DNA of 64,000 nucleotides from Candidatus Curtissbacteria bacterium (GCA_030647775.1 JAUSJC010000010.1:200718-264717), one strand, 5' to 3'. Positions 38,565-49,869 are shown, numbered from the stretch's first letter. Notes: generated from the letters alone by a model not told the origin. Numbers and translations are program-made.

Positions 38565-38983
38565 AAACAAACAGGTTAATTTTCCTTAGCGTTTTAATTA
38601 TCCTAACGAGTGTCTTTCTCGTTTCAAAGGTTGTCAATAAACCTGACAAGTTACAAAATAGTGCTGCGCCTTCTCAAACAAACTCACAAGGTACGGTAAG
38701 CATCGCAGTAACCCTAAAAAATGTGTCGCAGCCGGTCTTTAAAATTGTTTTAGATACACATTCCGGCAGTCTCGATGAGGACATAGCCGCGAGTTCTGTG
38801 CTTATTGACGATCAGGGCAATACAAAACAGCCAATTGCCTGGGAAGGTAATCCAGCCGGTGGTCATCATAGAGAAGGGGAATTGAAATTTCAGGCTATTA
38901 CTCCCGGATCGAAATCAATCACACTCAAAATACGAGATATCGGAGAAGTGTCCGAGAGGAGCTTCACTTGGAATCTTGAGTAA
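38561..38983 (+). CDS. secreted protein, unknown (His-rich loop GGHHREGE)
   Basis: Signal or TM N-terminus, 140 aa. Confidence 0.4.
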   Translation: MKTNRLIFLSVLIILTSVFLVSKVVNKPDKLQNSAAPSQTNSQGTVSIAVTLKNVSQPVFKIVLDTHSGSLDEDIAASSVLIDDQGNTKQPIAWEGNPAGGHHREGELKFQAITPGSKSITLKIRDIGEVSERSFTWNLE

Positions 38984-38998
38984 TGTATAAGTAAGCAC

Positions 38999-39496
38999 AT
39001 GAGAAATTCTATTTTAAAAGTAACTATATTTGCTATCGCCTTTGCTTTTGTTGAAGCCGCAGTTGTAGTCTACTTACGCCACCTCTTGGGAGCCAGCCAG
39101 CCGCAATTTAACCAAAGTGAAGTATTATTGCTTCTTCCCGGTATAACTTTTTTAGAACCACAAACCGCGGTAAAAATTATCAAAAACACCGCAATCCTTA
39201 ATGTTGAAAGGATCAGGGAAGTTGCAACGCTTGTCATTTTGGCATCGGTTGCCGCCACGGCCGGAAAAAACCTCAAGCAAAAAATTGCCTATTTCTTTTT
39301 AGCCTTTGGGGTCTGGGACATTTTTTATTATGTTTTTTTAAAACTGATTATAAACTGGCCTAATGCTTTAACTGATTCAGATACATTTTTCTTACTTCCC
39401 GTCCCCTGGGTTGGCCCTGTTTTTGTACCAGTCATAATCTCTTTCTGTATGATTTTGCTGTCGCTTTTTTATCTGACTAAATCAAAAAAATCATGA
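38999..39496 (+). CDS. membrane protein, unknown
   Basis: 165 aa polytopic ORF. Confidence 0.4.
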   Translation: MRNSILKVTIFAIAFAFVEAAVVVYLRHLLGASQPQFNQSEVLLLLPGITFLEPQTAVKIIKNTAILNVERIREVATLVILASVAATAGKNLKQKIAYFFLAFGVWDIFYYVFLKLIINWPNALTDSDTFFLLPVPWVGPVFVPVIISFCMILLSLFYLTKSKKS

Positions 39497-40197
39497 AATA
39501 CACTTGGCTTGCCGGAAGCCTAATTATGCTAGGAGTCTGGTTCTTAATATTCCTAAAGGCTAAGAATAAAGATACGCGCGTAAAAATGTTCAGAGTAAGC
39601 CTCGTAACTTCACTGCTGGGTTTTACCGAACCAATTTTTGTGCCTAAATATTGGAATCCACCTTCGCTTTTTAACTTGGCTCAAACTACAAGGTTTGACG
39701 TGGAAAGCCTAATTTTTGCTTTCGGAATTGGTGGTATTGCGTCAGTAGCGTACGAATGGCTGTTCAAGACTAAGCAAATGGGAATGCCGTCTTCTCAAAT
39801 GCATAACACGCGCCATCGTTATCATCTTTTGGCTCTGTTTTCAACGCCGATAATTTTTGGAGTTTTATATTTTTCAACTAATTTTAACCCGATCTATTCC
39901 ACCATAATCGCACTTTCGACTGGGGGATTATTTACCTGGTACTGTCGCCCGGACCTAAAAGCAAAAATGGTAATTGGCGGTCTTATATTTACAATCTGTT
40001 ATTTTCTTATTTTCCTATTCCTTGTTTTAATCGACCCTGATTTTGTTAAAAAGGCTTGGAATCTTTCGGCCATTTCGGGTATTTTAGTTTTAGGTGTGCC
40101 GCTGGAAGAAATAATGTTCGCCTTCGCACTTGGCTTTATGTGGTCAAGCGTTTATGAACATGTCATGTGGCAGAAAGTGATACACTCAAACCGCTAA
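39493..40197 (+). CDS. membrane protein, unknown
   Basis: 234 aa polytopic ORF. Confidence 0.4.
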   Translation: MKYTWLAGSLIMLGVWFLIFLKAKNKDTRVKMFRVSLVTSLLGFTEPIFVPKYWNPPSLFNLAQTTRFDVESLIFAFGIGGIASVAYEWLFKTKQMGMPSSQMHNTRHRYHLLALFSTPIIFGVLYFSTNFNPIYSTIIALSTGGLFTWYCRPDLKAKMVIGGLIFTICYFLIFLFLVLIDPDFVKKAWNLSAISGILVLGVPLEEIMFAFALGFMWSSVYEHVMWQKVIHSNR

Positions 40198-40201
40198 AAA
40201 T

Positions 40202-42460
40202 TTGGGATACATAAAAATGGAACATCAAATAGAAAACCAAAAACCCAAAAATCTTTACACCTGCCCCATGCACGCAGAAGTTTTAAGCGCCAACCCTGGC
40301 ACTTGTCCAAAGTGCGGAATGGTTTTGGTCAAGGCAGAAGGAAAAATGTCTCACCAGAATATGGAAATGCCTGCCCGCAATGCTACGCATAGCGTTGCAG
40401 GCGGGTCCTTTTGGGAAAAATTCAAAATGGGTATGACTATGGTGATGGGTATGGAGCATGGTGGGCTTGCCGGCCGCGAAATGGCCAAATTGATGGAAGA
40501 AGATATTAGGAACAAATTCTTTTTCTCGCTTCTGCTCTCTTTGCCGATCATTGCTTACTCACCGCTAGGGCAACAGCTTCTCGGCTTAAAACTGCCGACA
40601 CCAATACCATCGGCATGGATCTTATTCATTCTAACCACCCCCGTTTTTTTCTATTCCGGCTGGATATTTCTTTACTCGAGCTTCAGAGCGCTTCAAAAAA
40701 AGATCCTCAATATGGCGGTTTTAATAGCCGTTGGTATTACGGCGGCTTACGCGTTTAGCATTGTCCTGACGGTTATCGGGTCAAACGATTCCTACTACGA
40801 GGCGGCAGCCCTTCTTATCACCTTTGTCCTTTTCGGCCACTGGATGGAAATGAAGTCCCGTCGCGGTACAACAGACGCCCTGCAGGCTCTATTTGCACTG
40901 GTTCCGCCAAAAGCCAGAATTATTAAAAACGGCCAAGAACAGCAAATTCCAACCTCTGAAGTTAAAGTCGGCGATATTTTAATTTTAAAACCCGGAGACA
41001 AGGTACCAGTTGATGGCGAAATCGTTGAAGGCGAAACGGCAATTGACGAGTCCCTGGTAACAGGAGAATCAATTCCGGTAGCCAAGGCGAAAGGCGATAA
41101 AGTCATCGGGGGTTCTATAAACCAATCCGGATCTGTGAAATTTAAAGCGACAAAAGTAGGTAAAGATACGGCACTCGCCCAAATTGTAAAAATGGTTGAA
41201 ACAGCCCAAAACTCTAAAGCCCCCGGGCAAAAGATCGCTGACAGGTTTGCGCAGTACTTGGTTATCGTGGCTGTTGGAGGCGGGTTAATCACGTTCGGTG
41301 TTTGGTTTTTTATCATTGGTCAACCGCTTCTTTTCGCTTTAACATTTGCAATTTCTACAGTTGTTATCGCCTGCCCGGACGCGCTTGGTCTTGCCACACC
41401 GACTGCTGTTGCCGTCGGCACCGGCCTTGGCGCCAAGCACAATATCCTAATAAAAGACGCCTCGACGCTTGAACAGGTTTCCAAAATACAAGCCGTGGTC
41501 TTGGATAAAACAGGAACATTAACGGAAGGGAAGCCCAAAATTACAGATGTAATAGCCGCTGGGGGATTCTCCGAAAATGAAATATTAAGGCTGTTTGCCT
41601 CGGCGGAAGCAAAATCAAGTCATCCGTTAAGCAAGGCAGTCCTTGAAGAAGCCGCCAGAAGGAAAATTTCAGTGTCGCAAAAAGTCGAGAAATTTATTTC
41701 TATAGCAGGACATGGCGTCGAGGCGCGAGTAGCGGGTAAGCAGGTTTTAGTTGGAACCGTAAAACTGATGAAAGATAGAAGCATTGATTTGACATCAATT
41801 GAAAAAGAAATCGGCCGTTTAGTCGGTGAAGGCAAAACAATCATGGTTCTGGCAATAAATGGCCAAGCCGCAGGGGTCGCGGCAGCTGCGGATCCAATTA
41901 AAGAAAATGCAAAACTGGCTATAAAACGAATGCAGGAACTCGGTTTGGAGATAGCTATGATAACCGGTGATAACCAGAAAACTGCCGAGTCCATTGGCCG
42001 GCAGCTTGGAATAAAAAGGATTTTTGCCGAAGTTCTACCGGGGGATAAGGCGAAGTACGTTAAGAAACTACAGGACGAAGGCAAATTCACGGCGATGGTC
42101 GGAGACGGCGTAAATGATGCGCCTGCTCTTGCTCAAGCTGATATAGGTATAGCAATAGGCGCCGGTACAGACGTGGCTATTGAAACAGCAAACGTAGTTC
42201 TCATGAAATCCGACCCGGCGGATGTGCTAAGGGCAATCCGTTTGTCCAAAGCCACAGTTACCAAAATGAAACAAAATCTTTTCTGGGCATCGATTTACAA
42301 TTTGTTGGCAATCCCGATAGCGGCCGGTGTTTTATACCCCGGTTTCGGTATTTCCCTGCGTCCTGAAATATCGGCGCTTTTAATGAGTATATCTTCAATC
42401 ATTGTTGCTACAAACGCAGTTCTATTGAAAAGGGTAGAAAAAAGCCTTGTAAGCGTATAA
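40202..42460 (+). CDS. copA: P1B-type copper-translocating ATPase with an N-terminal CPMH...CPKCGM metal-binding module and an unusual CPD TM6 motif
   Basis: DKTGT, GDGVNDAP, TM7 YN, TM8 MSISS. TM6 reads IACPDALGLATP. An in-frame family D insertion lies at 40369-40404 (MPARNATHSVAGGS). Confidence 0.85.
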   Translation: MGYIKMEHQIENQKPKNLYTCPMHAEVLSANPGTCPKCGMVLVKAEGKMSHQNMEMPARNATHSVAGGSFWEKFKMGMTMVMGMEHGGLAGREMAKLMEEDIRNKFFFSLLLSLPIIAYSPLGQQLLGLKLPTPIPSAWILFILTTPVFFYSGWIFLYSSFRALQKKILNMAVLIAVGITAAYAFSIVLTVIGSNDSYYEAAALLITFVLFGHWMEMKSRRGTTDALQALFALVPPKARIIKNGQEQQIPTSEVKVGDILILKPGDKVPVDGEIVEGETAIDESLVTGESIPVAKAKGDKVIGGSINQSGSVKFKATKVGKDTALAQIVKMVETAQNSKAPGQKIADRFAQYLVIVAVGGGLITFGVWFFIIGQPLLFALTFAISTVVIACPDALGLATPTAVAVGTGLGAKHNILIKDASTLEQVSKIQAVVLDKTGTLTEGKPKITDVIAAGGFSENEILRLFASAEAKSSHPLSKAVLEEAARRKISVSQKVEKFISIAGHGVEARVAGKQVLVGTVKLMKDRSIDLTSIEKEIGRLVGEGKTIMVLAINGQAAGVAAAADPIKENAKLAIKRMQELGLEIAMITGDNQKTAESIGRQLGIKRIFAEVLPGDKAKYVKKLQDEGKFTAMVGDGVNDAPALAQADIGIAIGAGTDVAIETANVVLMKSDPADVLRAIRLSKATVTKMKQNLFWASIYNLLAIPIAAGVLYPGFGISLRPEISALLMSISSIIVATNAVLLKRVEKSLVSV

Positions 42461-42496
42461 AAGGAGGATCATATTTTTAAGATTCTGCAGTATTTT

Positions 42497-43168
42497 TTGA
42501 TTATCATCCTTTCAATAATAATCATTCTTGGAAATTTTAATTTTCTGATTTTCAATAAAAACCATTACCGGTCTCTTTATATAAAAGTAGGAGTTTACCA
42601 AAATTTCCAAAATCAAAAAATTATAGATAGCGCTACGGATAACCTTTTCGGCTACTTTCGGGGACAAAACAAACTCGATCAAAATTTTTTCTCAATGCAG
42701 GCTGTTTCACACCTAAAGGACGTCAAAGATTTACTGCAGGTTTCAAACGGCCTATTCTATTTTTCTTTTATCGCGGTAATCTGCTTGGGAATTTTTCTTG
42801 TCGCCAAGAAACGATCAAAAATCGTTTTTAAATCTCTTTTTATTTCGTCAATCGTCACGATTATCTTTGTTGTCATGCTTGGGCTGGGAGCAGCTACGGC
42901 TTTCGATAGTTTTTTCCTTAAATTCCATCAGCTTTTATTCACTAATACCCTTTGGCTTTTTCCGCCGGACGATAATTTGATACGTCTTTTCCCCCAGCAG
43001 TTTTTTGTGGAATTTGCCAACCGCCTAGCCCTAAACATTTTGATCACATCAATTATAATAGCCTCTGTTGCTTTTTCTATCTCACATTCTGTCATCCCGA
43101 ATTTATTTCGGGATCTACAACTAAAGATGCTGAAACGAGTTCAGCATGACAAGAAAGGAATGACATGA
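42497..43168 (+). CDS. integral membrane protein, unknown (possibly TIGR01906/DUF1461-like)
   Basis: 223 aa. The family call is weak. Confidence 0.4.
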   Translation: MIIILSIIIILGNFNFLIFNKNHYRSLYIKVGVYQNFQNQKIIDSATDNLFGYFRGQNKLDQNFFSMQAVSHLKDVKDLLQVSNGLFYFSFIAVICLGIFLVAKKRSKIVFKSLFISSIVTIIFVVMLGLGAATAFDSFFLKFHQLLFTNTLWLFPPDDNLIRLFPQQFFVEFANRLALNILITSIIIASVAFSISHSVIPNLFRDLQLKMLKRVQHDKKGMT

Positions 43169-43917
43169 TCCCTAATTCATTCCCCATCGGTCCCCTCACC
43201 ATCCATATTTACGGTCTAATTATCGCCATTGCCATTCTTCTGGGTTGGACCATAGCCAAAAAACGGGCGCTTTCATACAAAATCAAAGCCGATTTATTTG
43301 ATGACCCGCTTCTTCTCCTGCCATTTATTTTTGGGATCGTCGGCGGCCGTCTCTACCACGTTATCGATAAATGGGATTTTTACTCCCAAAATCCAAATCA
43401 GATCTTTGCTATCACAAACGGGGGATTGGGGATTTTCGGAGCACTGGCCGGAGTTTTTATTGGATTTTGGTTCGTTGCCAAAATAAAGAAGGTCGATTTT
43501 TTAAAATTATTAGATTTGATATCACCGGCTCTCATCCTTGGTCAGGCAATCGGCCGCATCGGTAATTTTATCAATCAGGAAGGCTTTGGTCCACCAACGA
43601 ACCTGCCATGGGGAGTCGCCATCGATCCGGCCCATCGTCCAGGCCAATATTTATTCTCGACCCATTTCCACCCGACATTTTTTTATGAAGCAATTTTAGA
43701 AGTATTAGCTTTTATTGTCTTGATTAAAATGTCGAGTAAACTAAAACTTCCCGGCCAAACATTCGGCCTTTACTTGGTCCTCTACGCGCTTTCTCGCGCA
43801 GTTGCCGAATACTGGCGCATCGATACAGCCAAAATCGGGGAGATAAAAGTGGCTTATATACTGGCCTTTTTGAGTTTGATTTTTGGTATCTATTTGGTAA
43901 AAAGAAGGGAAAATTAA
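43165..43917 (+). CDS. lgt: prolipoprotein diacylglyceryl transferase
   Basis: GRLGNFINQE signature, 250 aa. Confidence 0.8.
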   Translation: MIPNSFPIGPLTIHIYGLIIAIAILLGWTIAKKRALSYKIKADLFDDPLLLLPFIFGIVGGRLYHVIDKWDFYSQNPNQIFAITNGGLGIFGALAGVFIGFWFVAKIKKVDFLKLLDLISPALILGQAIGRIGNFINQEGFGPPTNLPWGVAIDPAHRPGQYLFSTHFHPTFFYEAILEVLAFIVLIKMSSKLKLPGQTFGLYLVLYALSRAVAEYWRIDTAKIGEIKVAYILAFLSLIFGIYLVKRREN

Positions 43918-44313
43918 GGTTTCCCGGGCTGGCCACTAACTTCGTCTTTACGATCCCTACCGATACCTTCTTTTTTGTCCCAAATGCCCAGAATCTGATC
44001 AGAATCCATCCCCATTTCCATCATCGCTCGAACCCAATCGCCATCACTTTGCACTTTTCCCTCATAAGTTCCCGCATCCAAAGCTTCTTTTATCTCATCA
44101 ACCGATTCATCTTCAGGCTTTGTTTCGAGTCTACGAGCCAGCCGGTCAAATATGCCGTCCACTTTAACACCAGACAGCTCTGCTTTTTTAATTTGCTCGC
44201 CAACGCGCTGAACTAAGTTGGCTTTGGATTGTTCACCCGGTTCTGCCACGTTCTTATTATCTCTTATGAGGAGCTCAGTGTGCAAATTGTAGGCTTGACA
44301 CGACTTAGCACTC
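43914..44313 (-). CDS. hypothetical acidic protein (start taken at MSAKSCQ)
   Basis: The ORF track extends over upstream repeats. The likely start is the internal Met, with RBS-like sequence upstream. Confidence 0.4.
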
Positions 44314-44330
44314 ATGGTATGCTCTCTGCT

Positions 44331-44440
44331 AACCCCAATCCGAACCATTCGGATTATAGACCCGCAGTCCTGAGTCGCGAAGGACGAGGATCGCATGGCA
44401 CTGTATATTCGGACTAACAATTCGGATAAATTCGGGTGTA
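44331..44440. repeat. family A element plus family C module (CGCATGGCACTGTAT) upstream of lon
   Basis: cccgcagtcctgagtcgcgaaggacgaggatcgcatggcactgtatattcgg; ccgaaccattcgg palindrome. Confidence 0.55.
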
Positions 44441-44450
44441 AAATAAAGAC

Positions 44451-46874
44451 GTGGCAATATTCATTGATCCGCAAAAACCCAGAATTAAAAACGAACTCCC
44501 GATAGTTCCGCTTAGGGATACTGTTGTTTTCCCGTCTTCCATGGTTCCAATTACCGTTGGTCGTCCTAAGGTTAAGCTTGGACTCGATAGTGCTTGGGCC
44601 ACCGACCACTTGGCTGTTTTTGTCGCCCAGAAAAATCCGCGCATCGAAAACCCGGCCCCGGGCGACATCTATTCCGTCGGCACCGTCGGTTTAATCCGTC
44701 GGCTTTGGAAGGTCGATAATGAATATAATCTGGCCGTCGAGGGCATCAGCCGCGTTTACCTTAAAGAATTCTCCCAAATCGATCCATATCTTGCTGTCAA
44801 AGTCGAAGAAATTCCCGAACTCACCCAAAAAACCGAGGAAGTCGAAGCGCTTTTTAGAAATATCCTGGCTAAAATCAAGAAATTCGGCGAACTAGGCGGT
44901 ACCCTCACCCTTGAATCTTCGATCCATATCTTTTCAACGGATGACCCGAACCAGCTTGTTAATATTGTCGCCGCCTCCATCGATCTTAAAACTGCCGATA
45001 AACAGCAAATTCTGGAAATGGTCGATACCAAAGCCAGGCTCGACAGGCTTTCGGAACTTTTAACGCGCGAAATCCGAATCTTAGAAATTTCCTCAAAAAT
45101 CGACACCGAAACCCAGGAAAGGGTCGGCAAAGTTACCAAAGATGCAATCCTGCGCGAGAAAATGAAATCTATCGAAAAAGAGCTGGGTGAAGATGAAGAT
45201 GGTCAGGAAATTGCCCAGTTCAGGAAAAAAATCAAAGAAGCCCAAATGCCAACCGATGTCAGGACTAAAGCCGACCGTGAGCTGATTCGTCTTGCCAAAA
45301 TGTCGTCTTATAACCCCGAATCATCCTATATCCGCACCTATTTGGAGTGGCTGGTCGACCTGCCTTGGCAGATCAAGGACAAGAAAAAATCAACCGATGT
45401 CGAGCTGGCCGCCAAAATTTTAGAGGAAGACCATTACGGTTTGCCAAAAGTTAAGGAAAGAATTTTGGAATATTTTGCCGTCCATAAGCTAGTCGGCAAA
45501 ATTAAAGGACCAATCTTGTGCTTTTACGGTCCGCCCGGCGTCGGTAAAACATCAATCGGCAAATCAATTGCCCGGGCGCTTGACCGTAAATTTATAAGGG
45601 TATCTTTAGGCGGCATCCACGATGAAGCGGAAATTCGCGGCCACAGAAGAACCTATGTTGGTGCTATGCCGGGCAGAATAGTCCAGGGTATTAAAAACGC
45701 CGGCACCAAAAACCCGGTCTTTATGCTGGACGAAATCGATAAAATCGGTGCCGATTTCCGCGGCGATCCGTCATCGGCGCTCCTGGAGGCTCTTGACCCG
45801 GAACAAAATAATTCTTTCTCCGACCATTATCTGGAAGTTGCCTACGACCTTTCCGATGTTTTGTTTATCGCAACCGCCAACATTTTGGATACTATTCCGC
45901 CGGCGCTTCGCGACAGGCTTGAGGTAATCAGTTTCCCAGGTTACACCGAAGACGAAAAATTCCACATCGCCAAGCGCTTCCTGATCCCCAAACAGCTTGA
46001 AGCCCATGGTTTAAATAAGGAGAAAGTGGAAATAACGGATAGTACCTTAAAAGACATCATTTCCCATTACACCAGGGAAGCAGGTGTTAGGGAATTGGAA
46101 AGGGAAGCGGCAGCGATCTTTAGAAAAGTAGCTAAAAAATTGGCCACAGCCAAAGTAAAGACCAAAATCGCGATTAGTCCAAAACAGCTCCATGCTTATC
46201 TTGGAGCGGCTAAATTTACAAGAGCCATTGCCGAAGAAAAGGATGAAATTGGAATGACAACCGGTCTCTCGGTAACTTCCGCCGGCGGCGAAATCCTCTT
46301 TGTTGAAGTAACACCTATGCCCGGCAAAGGCCTGTTAATTTTAACCGGCCAGCTTGGTGATGTTATGAAGGAATCGGCTCAAGCCGCACTTTCCTATGTG
46401 CGTTCCCGCGCCAAAGTTTTGGGTATTCCCGAAAACCTTTTTGCCAAAAGCGATATTCATATCCACGTTCCGGAAGGCGCCGTTCCCAAGGAAGGCCCGT
46501 CTGCCGGTATCGCCATCACCACAGCGCTTGTTTCTGCTCTTACAAAAATTCCCGTCCGCCGTGAAGTCGGCATGACCGGAGAAGTCACCCTGCGCGGCCG
46601 GGTTTTGGAAATCGGCGGCCTTAAAGAAAAAACCCTGGCAGCTCATAGGGCGGGTCTAACAACAATTATTATTCCAAAACAAAATGCCAAAGACCTGGAA
46701 GATATCCCTAAAAATGTTAAGCGCGACCTGCAGTTTATTTTGGCCGAGCACATGGACGAAGTCTTAAAAGTGGCACTGACTAAATCTCTTCCTAAAGAAA
46801 AAGCCGCGGAGTCTCCAAAGCTTCCTGTCCGTCATCCTGAACTTGTTTCAGGATCTTCCCAACCAACTAATTAA
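44451..46874 (+). CDS. lon: ATP-dependent protease Lon
   Basis: GTG start. LON N-domain, Walker [11 protein letters not shown] dyad (PKEGPSAG). The C-terminal tail ([10 protein letters not shown]) is encoded by a family B element at 46829-46857. Confidence 0.9.
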   Translation: MAIFIDPQKPRIKNELPIVPLRDTVVFPSSMVPITVGRPKVKLGLDSAWATDHLAVFVAQKNPRIENPAPGDIYSVGTVGLIRRLWKVDNEYNLAVEGISRVYLKEFSQIDPYLAVKVEEIPELTQKTEEVEALFRNILAKIKKFGELGGTLTLESSIHIFSTDDPNQLVNIVAASIDLKTADKQQILEMVDTKARLDRLSELLTREIRILEISSKIDTETQERVGKVTKDAILREKMKSIEKELGEDEDGQEIAQFRKKIKEAQMPTDVRTKADRELIRLAKMSSYNPESSYIRTYLEWLVDLPWQIKDKKKSTDVELAAKILEEDHYGLPKVKERILEYFAVHKLVGKIKGPILCFYGPPGVGKTSIGKSIARALDRKFIRVSLGGIHDEAEIRGHRRTYVGAMPGRIVQGIKNAGTKNPVFMLDEIDKIGADFRGDPSSALLEALDPEQNNSFSDHYLEVAYDLSDVLFIATANILDTIPPALRDRLEVISFPGYTEDEKFHIAKRFLIPKQLEAHGLNKEKVEITDSTLKDIISHYTREAGVRELEREAAAIFRKVAKKLATAKVKTKIAISPKQLHAYLGAAKFTRAIAEEKDEIGMTTGLSVTSAGGEILFVEVTPMPGKGLLILTGQLGDVMKESAQAALSYVRSRAKVLGIPENLFAKSDIHIHVPEGAVPKEGPSAGIAITTALVSALTKIPVRREVGMTGEVTLRGRVLEIGGLKEKTLAAHRAGLTTIIIPKQNAKDLEDIPKNVKRDLQFILAEHMDEVLKVALTKSLPKEKAAESPKLPVRHPELVSGSSQPTN

Positions 46875-46946
46875 CTCAATTAACTTTTCACTTTGACTTT
46901 CGACTTTGACTTCCTTCGCTCTTCCCCGGCCGACTAACTAAATATC

Positions 46947-46975
46947 TTGCATTTTTCAAAATCTCTTTGTATCAT
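46947..46975 (+). promoter_or_regulatory. sigma70 promoter for the pyrophosphatase gene (TTGCAT, 17 bp spacer, TATCAT)
   Basis: Exact 17 bp spacer, about 60 bp upstream of the start. Confidence 0.45.
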
Positions 46976-47034
46976 TGCGGGAAAAGCATTACTTGCCCCT
47001 TGCCAGCTTTTTCAAAAAAAAGTTTAATTAATCC

Positions 47035-49044
47035 GTGATAAATATCGATCCACAAATTGGCCTGCCGTTTGCGCTAGTTGCGGCTGTTGCTGCGATTCTT
47101 TACGGCGTGGTTACGTCGTTTAAAATCGTGTCCCTTCCGGCAGGTACTCCTAAAATGCGCGCCATTTCCGACGCTATTGCCGAAGGAGCCGCGGCTTTTC
47201 TTCAAAGGCAGTACATGGTAATAGCCGCCGTTGCAGTCGTTATTTTCGGCTTCATTTGGTTTTTCTTAGCACCCCAAACTGCCATTGGATTCCTAATCGG
47301 TGCCCTTGCCTCCGCCGCCTCCGGCTTTATCGGCATGAATATTTCGGTTCGCGCCAATGTCCGTACGGCCCAGGCGGCTCAAACCGGTCTTGCCAAAGCT
47401 CTTGATGTTGCCTTTCGCGGCGGCTCGGTTACCGGGCTTCTTGTCGTTGGCCTTTCCCTGCTTGCCGTTGCCGGTTATTTTGGTGCGACGGGGGATCTCA
47501 CCGGCCTTATCGGCCTTGGATTTGGCGGATCGTTAATTTCTATTTTTGCCCGTCTTGGCGGCGGTATTTTTACCAAAGGCGCCGATGTTGGTGCCGATCT
47601 GGTTGGTAAAGCGGAAGCCGGTATTCCCGAAGATGACCCCAGAAATCCGGCAGTTATTGCCGATAATGTCGGTGATAATGTCGGTGACTGCGCCGGCATG
47701 GCCGCCGACCTTTTCGAAACCTATGCTGTCACAATGATCGCGGCGATGCTTTTGGGGTCGCTAATTTTTAAAGGTTCAGTTGGCGCAATTCTTTATCCCA
47801 TTGTTTTGGGAAGCGTTGGCATTATCGCCACTATCATAAGTATCTTCTTCGTCAAATTGCCAAAAAACAGAAGCATTATGGGTGCTCTTTACGCAGGCTT
47901 AATCACAGCCGCCGTTCTTTCAATCATTGGTTTTTATCCGGTAACGCAACTTATGCTCAATGCTAATGGCATTTATGATCCTCTCAATATTTATTTCACT
48001 TCTATTGTTGGTATCGTCGTTACCCTCTTGATGGTTTTCATTACCGAATACTACACCGCTACCAAGTATAAGCCTGTCCAGTCGATTGCCGCCGCTTCTC
48101 AAACGGGCCATGCTACAAATATTATCGCCGGGCTTGCTGTTTCCATGCGCTCCACTTTCTGGCCGGTATTGGTAATTTGTGCGGGGATTCTTGTGGCCTT
48201 TACCCTAGCCGGAATTTATGGTGTTGCGACTGCCGCAACTTCAATGCTGTCTTTGACCGGGATAATCGTGGCCATTGATGCCTTTGGTCCGATTACCGAT
48301 AACGCCGGCGGTATTGCCGAAATGGCCCATCTTCCCAAACGGGTGAGAAACGTTACCGATCCCCTGGACGCTGTCGGCAACACTACCAAAGCCATAACCA
48401 AAGGCTACGCCATCGCCTCTGCCGCATTGGCGTCATTGGTTCTGTTCGCTTCTTATTCCGAGGAGCTTGCCGCGCGCGGTGCCGGTGTCCAATTTTCGCT
48501 TTCAGATCCAAAAGTACTCATCGGTCTTTTAATTGGTGCGTCCCTGCCGTTTTTGTTTGCCTCTTATGCTATGGAGGCAGTCGGTAAAGCGGGCGGGGCA
48601 GTGGTCGAAGAAGTCAGGCGTCAATTCAAAGAGTTCCCCGGGATTTTAAAAGGTACCCAAAAACCCCAGTACGATAAAGCTGTCGACATTGTCACTAAAA
48701 AGGCCTTAAAGCTGATGATTGTACCGGCTTTGATTCCCATTATCGCCCCGGTTATTGTCGGTTTCACTTTAGGGTCAACGGCGCTGGGCGGTCTTTTAAT
48801 GGGGACAATCGTTTCCGGGCTTTTCGTTGCCATTTCCATGACAACCGGCGGAGCCGCTTGGGATAATGCCAAAAAATATATCGAGTCAGGGGAATTTGGC
48901 GGTAAAGGTTCGGACGCTCACAAAGCCGCCGTTACCGGCGACACCGTCGGTGATCCGTATAAAGATACAGCGGGGCCTGCTATAAATCCCATGATTAAGA
49001 TTATCAATATCGTAGCGCTTCTTTTGATACCCTTCTTGATCTAA
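47035..49044 (+). CDS. hppA: membrane-bound proton-translocating pyrophosphatase
   Basis: [16 protein letters not shown] and DNVGDNVGD motifs, about 16 TM helices. Confidence 0.85.
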   Translation: MINIDPQIGLPFALVAAVAAILYGVVTSFKIVSLPAGTPKMRAISDAIAEGAAAFLQRQYMVIAAVAVVIFGFIWFFLAPQTAIGFLIGALASAASGFIGMNISVRANVRTAQAAQTGLAKALDVAFRGGSVTGLLVVGLSLLAVAGYFGATGDLTGLIGLGFGGSLISIFARLGGGIFTKGADVGADLVGKAEAGIPEDDPRNPAVIADNVGDNVGDCAGMAADLFETYAVTMIAAMLLGSLIFKGSVGAILYPIVLGSVGIIATIISIFFVKLPKNRSIMGALYAGLITAAVLSIIGFYPVTQLMLNANGIYDPLNIYFTSIVGIVVTLLMVFITEYYTATKYKPVQSIAAASQTGHATNIIAGLAVSMRSTFWPVLVICAGILVAFTLAGIYGVATAATSMLSLTGIIVAIDAFGPITDNAGGIAEMAHLPKRVRNVTDPLDAVGNTTKAITKGYAIASAALASLVLFASYSEELAARGAGVQFSLSDPKVLIGLLIGASLPFLFASYAMEAVGKAGGAVVEEVRRQFKEFPGILKGTQKPQYDKAVDIVTKKALKLMIVPALIPIIAPVIVGFTLGSTALGGLLMGTIVSGLFVAISMTTGGAAWDNAKKYIESGEFGGKGSDAHKAAVTGDTVGDPYKDTAGPAINPMIKIINIVALLLIPFLI

Positions 49045-49053
49045 TCCAAGCAC

Positions 49054-49106
49054 CCCTGTCATTGCGAGCGAAGCCCCGCCTGCCGGACGGGCAGGGAAGC
49101 AATCTC
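49054..49106. repeat. family B element (CTGTCATTGCGAGCGAAGC ... GCAATC) with an internal hairpin
   Basis: Lies between convergent genes. It may double as a terminator. Confidence 0.5.
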
Positions 49107-49173
49107 AACAATTTAACAATAAGAGAGCTTATTGCTCGTAAACTCGCAATGGAGCAATTTAACAATTTGCCTT

Positions 49174-49869
49174 TTAATAAATTATTCTGTTGGGTTTTAT
49201 GGACGCTGAAGCCTCAATAAAACCGGGTGCTTTGGGGGCACTGTTAAGCAGATTTTCCTCCTGTGCCGCGGTGTCGGTTGCGTTTTTAAACCGGTCGCGG
49301 ATTCCCGGCCTGAAGTTGTTAAGGGCATTTACTCCATCGACAAAACTAGCCGCCGCCTTGTCGTAGTTTTCCCGGAAATTATATCCGTCCCCCAGTCCTT
49401 CCGTTCTTTTGCCGATCGCGAAGAACAAGACTTCTTGGCTTTTCAAATTCTCGGCAATTTCGCCGATCAAATTGGCTATATCCTGGTTTTGGGATTTGGC
49501 ACGGTCAAGTCCGCTGGTCATTTCCCGAAGCTTATCCCCATATCGAATCATGTTCGCGCTTGCGTTTTTAATATCCCCATTGGCAACCAAAAGGTAAGCT
49601 TCTTTAAGTCTTTTACCGGAAAGTGTCATATCAAACTCCGCCCTCTTTACGCTCGAAGGCTGAAATACCCGAAGTATCATTTCCTTGCCGGTAATTAAAA
49701 AATAGAAAGGATTAGAAGGAATTATTCGCAGCGGCACAATTTTGGAAAGAGCGCCATTTATTTGTCCGTCCGATGCTTGCGGGAAATCAACTTGAGCATG
49801 CACAGGAAGAACCGTCGCCCAAAAAAGCAGCAAAAATGATACTAAACAGACTAAGACTTTTTTTATCAT
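49174..49869 (-). CDS. hypothetical secreted protein (start at MIKKVLV)
   Basis: Signal peptide ...LPVHAQ. Upstream in-frame extension in the ORF track overlaps the tRNA. Confidence 0.5.
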   Translation of the reverse strand: MIKKVLVCLVSFLLLFWATVLPVHAQVDFPQASDGQINGALSKIVPLRIIPSNPFYFLITGKEMILRVFQPSSVKRAEFDMTLSGKRLKEAYLLVANGDIKNASANMIRYGDKLREMTSGLDRAKSQNQDIANLIGEIAENLKSQEVLFFAIGKRTEGLGDGYNFRENYDKAAASFVDGVNALNNFRPGIRDRFKNATDTAAQEENLLNSAPKAPGFIEASASIKPNRIIY

